DNA of 64,000 nucleotides from Azolla caroliniana (lineage: Eukaryota; Plantae; Polypodiophyta), in NCBI GenBank assembly GCA_043228905.1, contig JBHGNT010000012.1, forward strand, positions 12,214,001 through 12,278,000. Reading direction: 5' to 3'. The notes under the pieces are model-generated. The model worked only from the letters and a program-made list of their open reading frames with translations, searched no databases and was not told where the DNA came from. The translations under genes were made by a program, and so were the position numbers. Of the stretch, positions 27,301 through 36,959 are shown piece by piece (within the stretch, counting starts at the first letter, position 1; the number at the start of each line of letters is the position of its first letter).

Positions 27301-27770
27301 TCGTGTTTCCATTCAACAATTGAATTGGAACTTTGCCAATTCCTACGATTTTGCAATCCTGCCCGTTGCTGAGTTGAACGGTGTTGTTGGCATTGGCTGA
27401 ATAGTTCGAAAACCATTCGATGTTCGGGGTTACTTGGAATGTGGCATCAGAATCCAGCAACCACGTACGTGCCCCTTGCGCACTGTAGACGACTTCTTCC
27501 GATCATCGAGTCCTCTAAGGAGAGGATTTCTCCCGATCAAGTGTCAACAACATTGACTTGGTTGTCAACTAGAGAGTGGTTCGAGTCGGATTGTCCTTGA
27601 TTCCACTCAGATTGCCGACCACTCTCTTTCCTCTTATTCTACCAGCAGTTGGAAATGTTGTGACCGGCTTTTCTGCAGTAGGTGCAGAAATCACTTGATT
27701 GACTCATTCTCGACATCCACGGTTGTCAGTCTCCCCTCATTCTCGATTGACTATGATTTTGACCGGTTTT
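24400..27770 (-). mobile_element. Decayed, truncated Copia internal region (same family as 13227-18000), with an internal duplication at ~25310-25670/25680-26000
   Basis: LDSDATFQV protease, FGCEAYAFIP integrase tail, LYIDDML RT. KGKSRHESAKSPIS appears twice. Confidence 0.85.
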
Positions 27771-27789
27771 GTCGGCTTGTCCTCGATCA

Positions 27790-28235
27790 ACTGGATCATG
27801 GTAGTGGGCATGGTAGTGGGTAGTGGGCATGGTAGTGTGTATACAAGAGGAGAGGGAGTTAAGGCCCCATCAATCTCTCCTCCTAAGATCCAGGCAAATA
27901 TTCCCCATTGAAAGAGGGGAATATTTGGCCTCTTCATTGGTAACAAACCTCACTCCTTTCTACTATAAAAATGAGTGAGGGGTCACCATTTAGAGGGTCT
28001 CCGTTTTGTCATTTTGAGGTAGACCATTAGGGATTTAGTTATTCTTATCCCATTTCGCTTTAGGGTTTTGCTTCGAGGTTCCACTCTCTATCATTTCCTT
28101 TCATTAGGGTTTAGTTCTTCTTCTTCTCCCTATCGGGTTAGATTTTGTCTAGCCTATATGGCCACACTTGTAAATCATGTGGTGATTTTCGTAATACAAT
28201 TTGTTTCATGAATCTCCTCTTCATCTAAAACAGTC
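27790..28235. other. Probable LTR fragment of an unassigned family
   Basis: TATA-like CTATAAAA followed by a pyrimidine-rich U5-like tract between two Copia remnants. No partner copy in the window. Confidence 0.3.
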
Positions 28236-28552
28236 GGCTTCTTCATAAACTAACCAGATAACTAATGTCGGGTTGGGTGATTGTCAAGTAGATAAGGCTT
28301 CCAACAATTTTTCGGAACTGTTTCTCACTGCAGGCCGGTCCGGATTCTGGACGTAGCTTTAAGTTCCAGTCAAGGGGTGTGGAGATCGATTGACATTCTC
28401 TCATGCCGAACTTGTACAGCATATTCAACACATAATGGCGTTGTGAGAGAAATATGTCGTCGGGGGTCCAGATCACCTCCATCCCAAGAAAATAGTGAAG
28501 GTCCCCCAGGTCCTTCATTTCAAATGCGTTTGACAATTGGGACTTCACATGG

Positions 28553-29474
28553 TGTCGCATGGCGCATGACACACGTGCCAAACTTTGGGATGTGGGCGTC
28601 GCAAGCGCGGACAAGCACCGGGCCTCTATCCGCTAGTGGTTATGGAGGATTGACGATGGGATTTCCGCGCCTAGGGGTCGGTCGAATAGGACCACCAAGG
28701 TCTTTGACCGGGGAGAATGAATCAGGTGAGTTGTGCCTGTAAGGAATTGGCCGTTTAGGTTTATCGTCGAGGCGTCCTTTGTTGTCGAAGACGCGCCCAA
28801 ACCCGACTCAATGGTGTGGTGGATTGATGTGTAGGCAGCTGAAGTAACGCACTAATGTGGTTGAGAGTGTGTGAGAGAGAGAAATGAAAATTGAGGAAGT
28901 GTTTAAGATAGATAGATAGACGGATTGAAATTCCAATTCTAGGTTTGAACCCTTGACTTTTCTTTTGAGAAACAAGACACATCACCAATAAGATAACTAG
29001 GTTTTCTTATTAAAATATCTTGATTTAATCCATAGCTTGCTTGATACATAGCCTCCTTTGATTCATCGATCAATTCCCACTTATATAGATGCCCCCATGC
29101 ATATGTGCATGCGACAGTGTAAGACATGCATACAATGCATGAAACGCATGCGATGCATGATTACCATTTGGCGCTCATGTACCTCATCCAAGCTCTCATG
29201 TATGAGCATTCATATGTGAAAAAGATAATGATAAACTAAAGAAATAACTTAGCCTAATGGTAAGTCAGTTGTCTTCTATCTTGGAGGTGCAAGGTTCAAT
29301 ACTTGCACCTCTTTGTAAGCTTGAAAATGCAAATAGGCTTTAGGTGTTCTCATTATATTTATATTTACAACATGCTAACGTATGAGTGTAACCATCACCC
29401 CTTTCATTCGTGTGCGCATTACACCCTTTCGATTCCATGCGATTTTCACACTGTTGCCGAAAATCTTCACGACA
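28553..29474 (-). mobile_element. Solo LTR of the tRNA-Trp-primed Ty3 family inserted in Copia RT
   Basis: Starts TGTCGTGAAGATTTTCGGC on the minus strand, as at 54344, and shares the CATGAGCGCCAAATGG block. Flanks CCGT/CCAT restore host codons GGC CGT GTG AAG. Confidence 0.8.
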
Positions 29475-32161
29475 ACGGCCGATTTCATCGAGTCCAGGTC
29501 CGGTGATGACTAGATCATCTACGTATAGTAGGATACAAACCGGACGGTGCGGACCTTGCCAGATGAATAGTGAAGATTCAGACTTTCAGGCCACAAACCC
29601 CATCTTACACAACTGGTGTGTGATTTTCGCATTCCAAGCTCGGGGGGCTTGCTTCAAACAATAAAGGGACTTTTTGAGTCGGCACACCGCCGACCTATTT
29701 AGGTTTGATTGAAAACCGGGGGGTTGGATCATATAGAGTGGTTCTTCAAGGTCACCTTGAAGAAATGCATTCTTCATGTCCATTTGGTGAAGTGCCATCC
29801 ACTTGCCGCAGCAACAGCCAGTACCACATGAACCGTCATCATCTTCGCTACCGGAACGAAGGTCTTGTCGTAGTCAATTTCGTGGGTTTGGAGTGTATCC
29901 CTTCGCCACTAACTGAGACTTGTACAGGTTGACCAAAACCGTCGGCATTGTATTTTACCTTGTACACCCACTTGCAACCGATCGATTTACATTGTTGAGT
30001 AGGGTTGACCAGGTCCCAAGTGTTGTTGGCATCGAGTGCCCACATTTCTTCTTCCATAGCAGCACGCCAATTTGTGTCTTTCGTTGCTTCTGCGTAGCTC
30101 TCTAGCTCACGCACTCCCACCACCTTGGTCATGTACGCATAATGATGTGCCATGTACTTATTCTATCCATACCGTTTTACGGGGTTCTTTTAGTGGGTTG
30201 ACCGGTGCAATTTTCCGTCAGTCGGTTTGAGGCCCTTCTTGGCCAGTTTGGACTTTGTTTTCGAACATCTTACCTCATTTAGTTTGTAGTTAGAATCACT
30301 CCGATCTGACTCTTCGCTACCAGTGTCGTATTCTAGCATCTTCTTCTTCCCCTTCTCTGTGCGCGTGAACCGTCTCCTCGGTTCCTTGCGTAGGAAGAGC
30401 ACGAAGAGTCTCCACCACTCACTAGATCTTCATCCGACTGGTCATTCCGACTCAGTCGCTCATTTGGCCCACTTAGCCGGAATGAGATCCGACTCTCATC
30501 TAGAGTACCGAATTCCCCATCTGCTACCTGAACCTCTCCGGGTTCACTAGCTTCATCCTCCGGAATCGGGACTTCGTCGGGAGTTGGAGTCGGTAGAGAG
30601 TACCATGATGCCGACTCATCAAACTCGACATCTCAACTTACTCAGGCCTATTTAGTCCGGGGGTTATAACACTTATAACCCTTCTGTTCATGCGAGTAGC
30701 CGACGAGGATGTACTTCTCCGACTTCGGATCTATATTCCTTCGATTCTCATCCGGTACATGCACATATGCTATGCTACCGAATATCCGAAGATGTCTCAA
30801 ATTCTGTCCAAAATACAGCTCATGTGCTGACACCTTATCTCCAATCCGGTTTTGGATGTAGATGGTCGTCCAGACCACCTCAACCCAGTAAAACCTGGGC
30901 ATGATCTTCTCCTCCAGCATTGCCCTTGCTGCATCGACAATCGACCGGTTCTTTCTCTCAGCCACACCGTTTTGTTCCGGTGTGCATCGATAGTTGAATT
31001 CTCTCTGAATTCCTTTTTGTTGCAAATAACTGTTGAATTGGCTGGAAAAATATTCTTTTCTACCATCCAACCGCAGACACTTGATCTTTCTTTCTATTTC
31101 CCTCTTGACCAAGATTTGTAGATTCCGGAAATTGTCGAAGACTTCACCTTTCCTCTCAATGAGGTAGATCCATGTGTGCCGGTTGTAGTCGTTGATGAAG
31201 GAGACGAAATACCGACTCTTGCGAAGACTAACGTTTTGTCCCGGTCCCCATACATCCAGCTGGATTAAGTCGAGCTTGTTACGGCTCCGATTTTGTTCAG
31301 TGCGAAATGGAAGCCGGTGTTGCTTCCCAAGTTGGCATGCTTCATATATTTGGGCCTTCCGGCCACTGAATTTCGGCAATTCGAGACCAACCTGTTTCTA
31401 TTGCAAGTCTTGAAGCTTCCGGTAGTTGACATGGCTGATCCACGTGTGCCAGAGATCGATCTCTGATTTTGTCTTTTGTCCTTTGGCAAACAAGGCAATG
31501 CCGACGTCATTGGTGTCGAGGATGAACATCCTCCCGTCTATGCACCCTTGCGTAATTATCCGGTCTCCTTCCTCGATGAAGCACCCGAGGTGCGTAAACC
31601 ACACCTGTTGTCCCTGGTCGACGATTTGTTCGACCGACACTAGGTTCTTTGTGATTGTCGGAATATGTAGTACGTTTATCAACTTTCCCTTTTGTCCAAC
31701 ATGGCATAAGGGGACTTCTCCAACATGCACAATCAGGTGAGGGGTGTCGTTGTTATACTCTTAGCCGGACAAGGCCTAACACAAGGTGTCACGGAGACAC
31801 TTCACCAAAGGGTGATTACGGCATAGGATTAAGATTCAACGATCACACCGACTTACGTAGGTTACACGATTAGATTGCTTGGTTAATTACACGCGTAAGA
31901 TATAACAATGATTACAGAACGGAAATCAAGACAGAAGTATAAACACCATAATCTCCATTAATTATCCGCTGTGATTACAATAGGGTCCGGGCCTTTAAAT
32001 AGGTTTCCGGCCCGTAGTACAAAACGGTGTCTCTCGCACCTATTCGGGATCCGTCCGGATCTGGAACGGCATACCGTTTCCAGTCCGTCCGTCCACACTA
32101 TGCTCATTTACAACCATCTAATTAATTCCGTATTTTGGACTCCTTGCCGGCCGGTAACACA

Positions 32162-32195
32162 TGGCACGCCCGTGGGACAGTACCTTGTACGTCGA
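32162..32195 (-). promoter_or_regulatory. tRNA-3'-end-like motif at the PPT position of element A
   Basis: Element sense reads TCGACGTACAAGGTACTGTCCCACGGGCGTGCCA, 2 nt before the 3' LTR. Same motif at 61721-61754 and 44736-44770. Confidence 0.85.
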
Positions 32196-32211
32196 ACCCT
32201 TCTCGGCCCCT

Positions 32212-33057
32212 TCATTGTTCACCCAAATTGTCCAAAATACTTGGTTCAAGAATTTCCGCTTGTTCTTTCGGTTGTGGTTGTTGCGGCTGTGCTTGCTGCT
32301 GCTGCTGTGATTGCGGTTGTGACTGAGGTTGCTCCGGCTGCTCTGCTTGCTGCTGCTGCTCCATTTGTTTTGCTGACTCCGGCTGCTCCGTTTGTCTCTC
32401 TGACTCCGGCATCTCCGTTTGACTGCTTCCGGTCCGGTCTCCTTCCAGTAACGGTTCCTCATCACTGAGGTTGACCGTAACTGGTTCTCGTTCTTTCTCT
32501 CCCCGGATCCGGGACCTCTCGTAGCTTTCAAACTGGATCTGCGCCTCCAGCCTGTCGTCGTCCAGCTGAGCTACAAGTTGCCGGACTTGCTCTAATTGGT
32601 CTTCTGCCAAGGCTTGAAAGTCTTCGGCCAGCTCATCTCTTATGCCGGTGAAGTCTTCGGAAGTCAGCATATAGCAATCATCTCCCTCCTTCCGCCGGTT
32701 CTCTACGTCAGCCCGGAGCAATTGGAGTTCCGCCGCGTTTGTGGCCCACTTGGTCCACCATTTGACGGAGCCGTTGTCAATCAAGCTCTTGGTCTGGTTC
32801 AACCAGGCCCGCATTATATCCTGGATGCGACTTGCTCCCATCTGTGCTCTGCTTTCCACCACTTGTCGCTCCTCCTTCAACTGCTTGATGAGGTTTGCCG
32901 TATCCTCCGCCTGCTCTCGGTAGCGCGTCAGCTGCCCTTGATATGTCGTTTGCAGCCTCTGCAGTACCTCTGCCGCTCTTTCTTTTTCCGCCTGCTGTTG
33001 CCTGAGGAGCTCTGTCCGAACCTTCTCCGCCTCTTCCAACCGTCTTCTGTTTTCCAC
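32212..33057 (-). CDS. C-terminal part of a coiled-coil extra ORF (281 aa, Gln-rich tail)
   Basis: Open frame. WLNQ...WWTKWATNAAELQLLRADVENRRKEG matches WLNQ...WNDWSAEAAELQILRINAENHKKEG at ~45360-45480 (minus). Start codon uncertain (GTG). Confidence 0.7.
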   Translation of the reverse strand: MENRRRLEEAEKVRTELLRQQQAEKERAAEVLQRLQTTYQGQLTRYREQAEDTANLIKQLKEERQVVESRAQMGASRIQDIMRAWLNQTKSLIDNGSVKWWTKWATNAAELQLLRADVENRRKEGDDCYMLTSEDFTGIRDELAEDFQALAEDQLEQVRQLVAQLDDDRLEAQIQFESYERSRIRGEKEREPVTVNLSDEEPLLEGDRTGSSQTEMPESERQTEQPESAKQMEQQQQAEQPEQPQSQPQSQQQQQAQPQQPQPKEQAEILEPSILDNLGEQ

Positions 33058-34967
33058 TCTTTGGCCATGCCTTTCGACCGTGTGGTTACTTGCTGTACAT
33101 CCGTCACTTCCGGAACCACCATATTAACTGCTGGTCGTTTCTCGTAGCTCTTTACCGGGCACTGGTTACTGTAGTGGCCTTCCTGCCTGCAGTAGTAGCA
33201 GTACTCTTTACGGGTATTGCTGGATTCAGCATTGCTGGTAGCCGGAGTTGGTCCCGTAGCGAGTGGTGCGTTCTGTGCCGGTTGGCTCCTTGGGATTCCA
33301 TGTTCCGGGTCCCTAGGGTGACCACCTTTCTTGAAGTTTCGTTTCTTATTATTCTTATGTTTATTTCGGTAGTCCGGCCGTGGTGGATCGTAACATCGGC
33401 CGTAGTCCTCCTGGTGCCTTCGGTAACCAGGGGAATGGTCTCTATCGTATTGCTCATGTCGCCTGTTGGGCTCCCGATAACGGTCCGATCGCTCATACCG
33501 GTCGTAGTTATCACGCCGATTCCCGTACCGGCCATCATTCTCTTGCCTGTCTCCGTACCGGACATCTTGTGCCGGTGGGTACCGGTTCCCTCTTTGCCAA
33601 CGATCGTCATCTTCGTCTCGGCTGCTTCTTGGCTCGATCCGTCGGACGGGTGGTGCTTGTCGATTTAACAGGTTGTACTCGCACCGGTCCGTTGTATGAC
33701 TCTTGGATTGACAAATCACACACTGAGTGCGCATGGTGCACTCTACTGCTGAGTGTCCGGCATTCAAGCAGATTGTGCATTGAATTGCCTGCCGGAACCG
33801 GAGATCTTCCTCGGTGGGTAACGCCCGTTGCAGTGTTCCCAGCGTAAGCCATGAGCTTGTCTTTTCCATTTCTCTGACCCGATCAATGACCTGATCGATG
33901 GTGCATCCTCGAAAGTCGATCACCGTACACACCGTGCGTAACGGTTCCCGGAGTGCGTTTAAAAATATCGTCCGTAATTCCTCCTCCGGGGGTGCACGGG
34001 CAAGCTGGCTATGCATTCGTTGGAAACGGATGACGAATTGGGGAATGCTTTCCCCTGCCTCCTGCCGGATCGTATAAAACAGCCCCACCATTGTCGTCTG
34101 GTCGACCTCCTTGTGGAAAAAATGCAAGAATTTTGCTTTTAATTCTGCAAATGTTGTGATGGTCGCCGGGTCCTGCGACCGCCGCCATCGTGTCGCTGGT
34201 CCCTCCAACGTGACTCCGAATTCCGCTATCTTCGAGCGTTCTTCTTCCTCCGGTGTCATTCGCTGGGACGTGTGATTTGCTTCCCATGTCTGCTCGAAGT
34301 CATCCACATGCGCTTCCGCATCCGGATCATCGCGGTACTTTGAGTATTGGAACGGCATGTCGTCGTCCAGTATTAAGCCGCGGTTTAGTGGCGCTTGTTG
34401 ATATCTTTCCGGTTCTTTCTCCGGTTTCACTTCCGGTTCTTTTGCCGGTCCTTTTTCCGGTTCTTTTTCCGATACCTTTGCCGGGAAGTTCGTTGGTGTT
34501 GGTGGCTTTGCTTCTTCCACTTCCGGTGTTGGTGGGTTGACGGCTTCCGTTTGCGGTTCCGGATAGCCCTGGTTGAGCGGTTCCGGTTCTGGAGTCGGCA
34601 CGGTATCCGACCCGTCGTCTTCCGGGCCGCCGGGGGTATCGTTGCTGCTCCGGTAGTTCGTGTGCACGCTGTATCCCCCTTCGGAATCCGATTCGTAGGC
34701 TGAAAAGGCTTCTGCCTCGTTTTCTCCGCTTGCCAGCGCCTCCAGGAGTCGTTCGGTTTCCCGGAGACTACTTAGACTGCTTCCGTCGACCTGGTTGCGA
34801 GTTTGCCGTAACCGGAGAGATTCCTCCGCGACTCTCCGGATCTCGTTGGAGAACGAACGATCCGAGCGAATTTCCTGCGCTGCTTGCTGGAAAGTCTCAC
34901 GCCGTCTTTGCCGTTCGGCGATGCGTCGAGCTCGGTTTGTAACCAAGTCGTGCGTTGGTCTAGTCAT
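32928..34967 (-). CDS. gag: Intact Gag-like protein (679 aa) with capsid-like region and three CCHC zinc knuckles
   Basis: Open ORF: EFGVTLEGPATRW...LKAKFL...IRQEAGESIPQFVIRF; knuckles CTICLNAGHSAVEC, CVICQSKSHTTDRC and CYYCRQEGHYSNQC. Homologous to the decayed gag at 48108-49654. Confidence 0.9.
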   Translation of the reverse strand: MTRPTHDLVTNRARRIAERQRRRETFQQAAQEIRSDRSFSNEIRRVAEESLRLRQTRNQVDGSSLSSLRETERLLEALASGENEAEAFSAYESDSEGGYSVHTNYRSSNDTPGGPEDDGSDTVPTPEPEPLNQGYPEPQTEAVNPPTPEVEEAKPPTPTNFPAKVSEKEPEKGPAKEPEVKPEKEPERYQQAPLNRGLILDDDMPFQYSKYRDDPDAEAHVDDFEQTWEANHTSQRMTPEEEERSKIAEFGVTLEGPATRWRRSQDPATITTFAELKAKFLHFFHKEVDQTTMVGLFYTIRQEAGESIPQFVIRFQRMHSQLARAPPEEELRTIFLNALREPLRTVCTVIDFRGCTIDQVIDRVREMEKTSSWLTLGTLQRALPTEEDLRFRQAIQCTICLNAGHSAVECTMRTQCVICQSKSHTTDRCEYNLLNRQAPPVRRIEPRSSRDEDDDRWQRGNRYPPAQDVRYGDRQENDGRYGNRRDNYDRYERSDRYREPNRRHEQYDRDHSPGYRRHQEDYGRCYDPPRPDYRNKHKNNKKRNFKKGGHPRDPEHGIPRSQPAQNAPLATGPTPATSNAESSNTRKEYCYYCRQEGHYSNQCPVKSYEKRPAVNMVVPEVTDVQQVTTRSKGMAKEWKTEDGWKRRRRFGQSSSGNSRRKKKERQRYCRGCKRHIKGS

Positions 34968-35002
34968 CCATTACCGTCGTTCGCTGCGAGTAAGCAGGAA
35001 TC

Positions 35003-35012
35003 GTGGTCGCCA
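35003..35012 (-). promoter_or_regulatory. PBS of element A (TGGCGACCAC, tRNA-Arg type)
   Basis: Lies 6 nt downstream of the 5' LTR and upstream of gag. Complementary to a plant tRNA-Arg 3' end (...GUGGUCGCCA, recalled). Confidence 0.75.
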
Positions 35013-36135
35013 AAACTGTGTTATACTCTTAGCCGGACAAGGCCTAACACAAGGTGTCACGGAGACACTTCACCAAAGGGTGATTACGGCATAGGATTAA
35101 GATTCAACGATCACACCGACTTACGTAGGTTACACGATTAGATTGCTTGGTTAATTACACGCGTAAGATATAACAATGATTACAGAACGGAAATCAAGAC
35201 AGAAGTATAAACACCATAATCTCCATTAATTATCCGCTGTGATTACAATAGGGTCCGGGCCTTTAAATAGGTTTCCGGCCCGTAGTACAAAACGGTGTCT
35301 CTCGCACCTATTCGGGATCCGTCCGGATCTGGAACGGCATACCGTTTCCAGTCCGTCCGTCCACACTATGCTCATTTACAACCATCTAATTAATTCCGTA
35401 TTTTGGACTCCTTGCCGGCCGGTAACAGTCGTCTCCAGTTTCGACGATTCCCAGTTGTTCCAGTTTCTCCAAAAACGAGAACCACCCTTCGTGGCTCGTC
35501 ATGTGGTTTCATGCGCCGGAATCAACATAGCATACTTCCTCCGATTTGGAAGTAGTCTTCTTCATCGAGTTACCCTTGTGCTCCATCACAAAGGTTGGTT
35601 GCCCCTTTCCAGTTTTCCCGGTTCCGAATCCTTCCGATCCTTCTGCGTAGTGCGAATATGTAGTCCGAATCGGTGCGCTTCTTCCAACACTCGCTTTCTC
35701 TGTGGCCTTTCTTGCCACAATACCAGCATTCCGTGTCGGCCTTCCCTTGTCAGTTTCCGGTGTCGTTTTGACTAACCCTGCTCCTAGAGGGTCCGGAACT
35801 ATTGTCGGCACTATCGCGGTGCCTTCGATTCTTCTCTTGTCGGCTGCCTCCATTGCATGCCAACCCACCTCATCCTCCACGCCCATGTGGCCTTACCGCC
35901 TCCGTGTAGAACATCCGGTGGTTCGGTTGAGTGGTCCTCGACCCACTCACGTGATTTTCTTCGACCATCAGCATCAATTGCAGGTCGAAGAAGGATGGTG
36001 GCTTCTCCCGGGCGCAGATAGATGTCCAGATTGGCCTGTACCCTTACGATCATGACCATATAATATCCCATGGCCAGAATTTACCGTAGTATTCTATACA
36101 CATGGATAAGTGTGAGGGTTAAACAAGAGTGTAAA

Positions 36136-36935
36136 TGTCGGGAACTCAACGCTCCTTATGTCCAACGCTCGGCCACAACCGAGATTCTTTTCGTACACAG
36201 AAAAACGGGAAACAAATGCACGACACAAAGGAGAGAAAATACATAGGAGGTTTACGTGGAAAAACCCCAAACTAGGGGAAAAAACCACGGCAGCCCACAT
36301 GCTGCAAATTGTCACTATGTAAGAATGTACAAACAGTGAGTTCACGGAGGCAACGACCTCGTGCTCACGATCTTCGCCACAGGCGGCGGTTACAACAGAG
36401 GCAACGACCTCGTTCTCTCTCTCTCTCTCTGTACAGTTACGCACACTGATCTCGTGCAAAACAGAAAATGACAACAACTAAAAGTTTGCCCTAAGTCATA
36501 TTTATACTAATATGACTTTTCGGCTATTTACAAATATAGCCTCGATGAACTCTCAGAAAACATATTTACGAATATGTCTCTTCATCCAGTTCATATCGGG
36601 TCTGCACCATCCGGCTCTCCGTAGCCGAGTACTCCTCATCCAGTCTTCACCGGGTCTGTATCATCCGGCTATCCGTAGCCAGGTACTCCTCATCCGGTCT
36701 TCACCGGGTCTGCATCATCCGGCTCTCCGAGCCGGGTACTCCTCATCCGATCTTCACCGGGTCTGTATCATCCGGCTCTCCGTAGCCGGGTACTCCTCAT
36801 CCGGTCTTCACCGGGTCTGTATCATCCGGCTCTCCGTAGCCGGGTCCTCCTCATACGGTTTCGGCCTCGGCCGAGTTTGTTCATCGGCACTGTTCTTCTC
36901 CCTTCCCATCCGGAGGGACCTATCATCCGGAGGGA
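36136..36935 (-). mobile_element. LTR (same family as 50932-51639) inserted into a chromovirus LTR remnant (36044-36135, resuming ~36936)
   Basis: Extensive similarity to 50932-51639. The flanks correspond to near-consecutive parts of the chromovirus LTR. Confidence 0.78.
36582..36852. repeat. 54-bp CCGG-rich tandem repeat, 5 copies, inside the LTR
   Basis: Unit TCATCCGGTCTTCACCGGGTCTGTATCATCCGGCTCTCCGTAGCCGGGTACTCC. Confidence 0.9.
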
Positions 36936-36959
36936 CTTTTAATCCTCCGGATTCATTAT

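Larger units (their letters stand above)
31751..35427 (-). mobile_element. Element A: very young non-autonomous LTR retrotransposon (gag plus partial extra ORF, no pol)
   Basis: 409-bp LTRs at 31751-32159 and 35019-35427 look identical by eye; TG...CA ends; perfect TSD GTCGT at 31746-31750 and 35428-35432. Confidence 0.97.
28243..36040 (-). mobile_element. Decayed Ty1/Copia internal region hosting a solo LTR and element A
   Basis: Gag knuckle and protease (YVDSGA) at 35430-36040; integrase 30648-31730; RT 29480-30150 and 28243-28550. The reading GIVETGDD|TPHLIVHVG is restored when element A is removed. Confidence 0.9.

Noticed and set aside
29250-29311. Functional tRNA gene
   Set aside because: No acceptor or anticodon stems can be built; only A/B-box-like motifs and one hairpin are present.
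32162-32178. Reading element A as a plus-strand element with this site as its only PBS
   Set aside because: Gag is on the minus strand, a PBS follows the other LTR, and no PPT precedes 35019 either. The same polarity holds in elements B and E. This is treated as the dual-site finding instead.
33030-33070. Programmed -1 frameshift between gag and ORF2
   Set aside because: No canonical X-XXY-YYZ heptamer in the gag frame, and homology with element F is lost here, which a deletion explains better.
31971-35141. Plus-strand ORFs antisense to element A gag
   Set aside because: Expected by-product of GC-rich coding sequence; no recognisable motifs.
36582-36852. CRISPR-like array
   Set aside because: The units are contiguous tandem repeats with no unique spacers, inside a eukaryotic LTR, and there are no cas genes.
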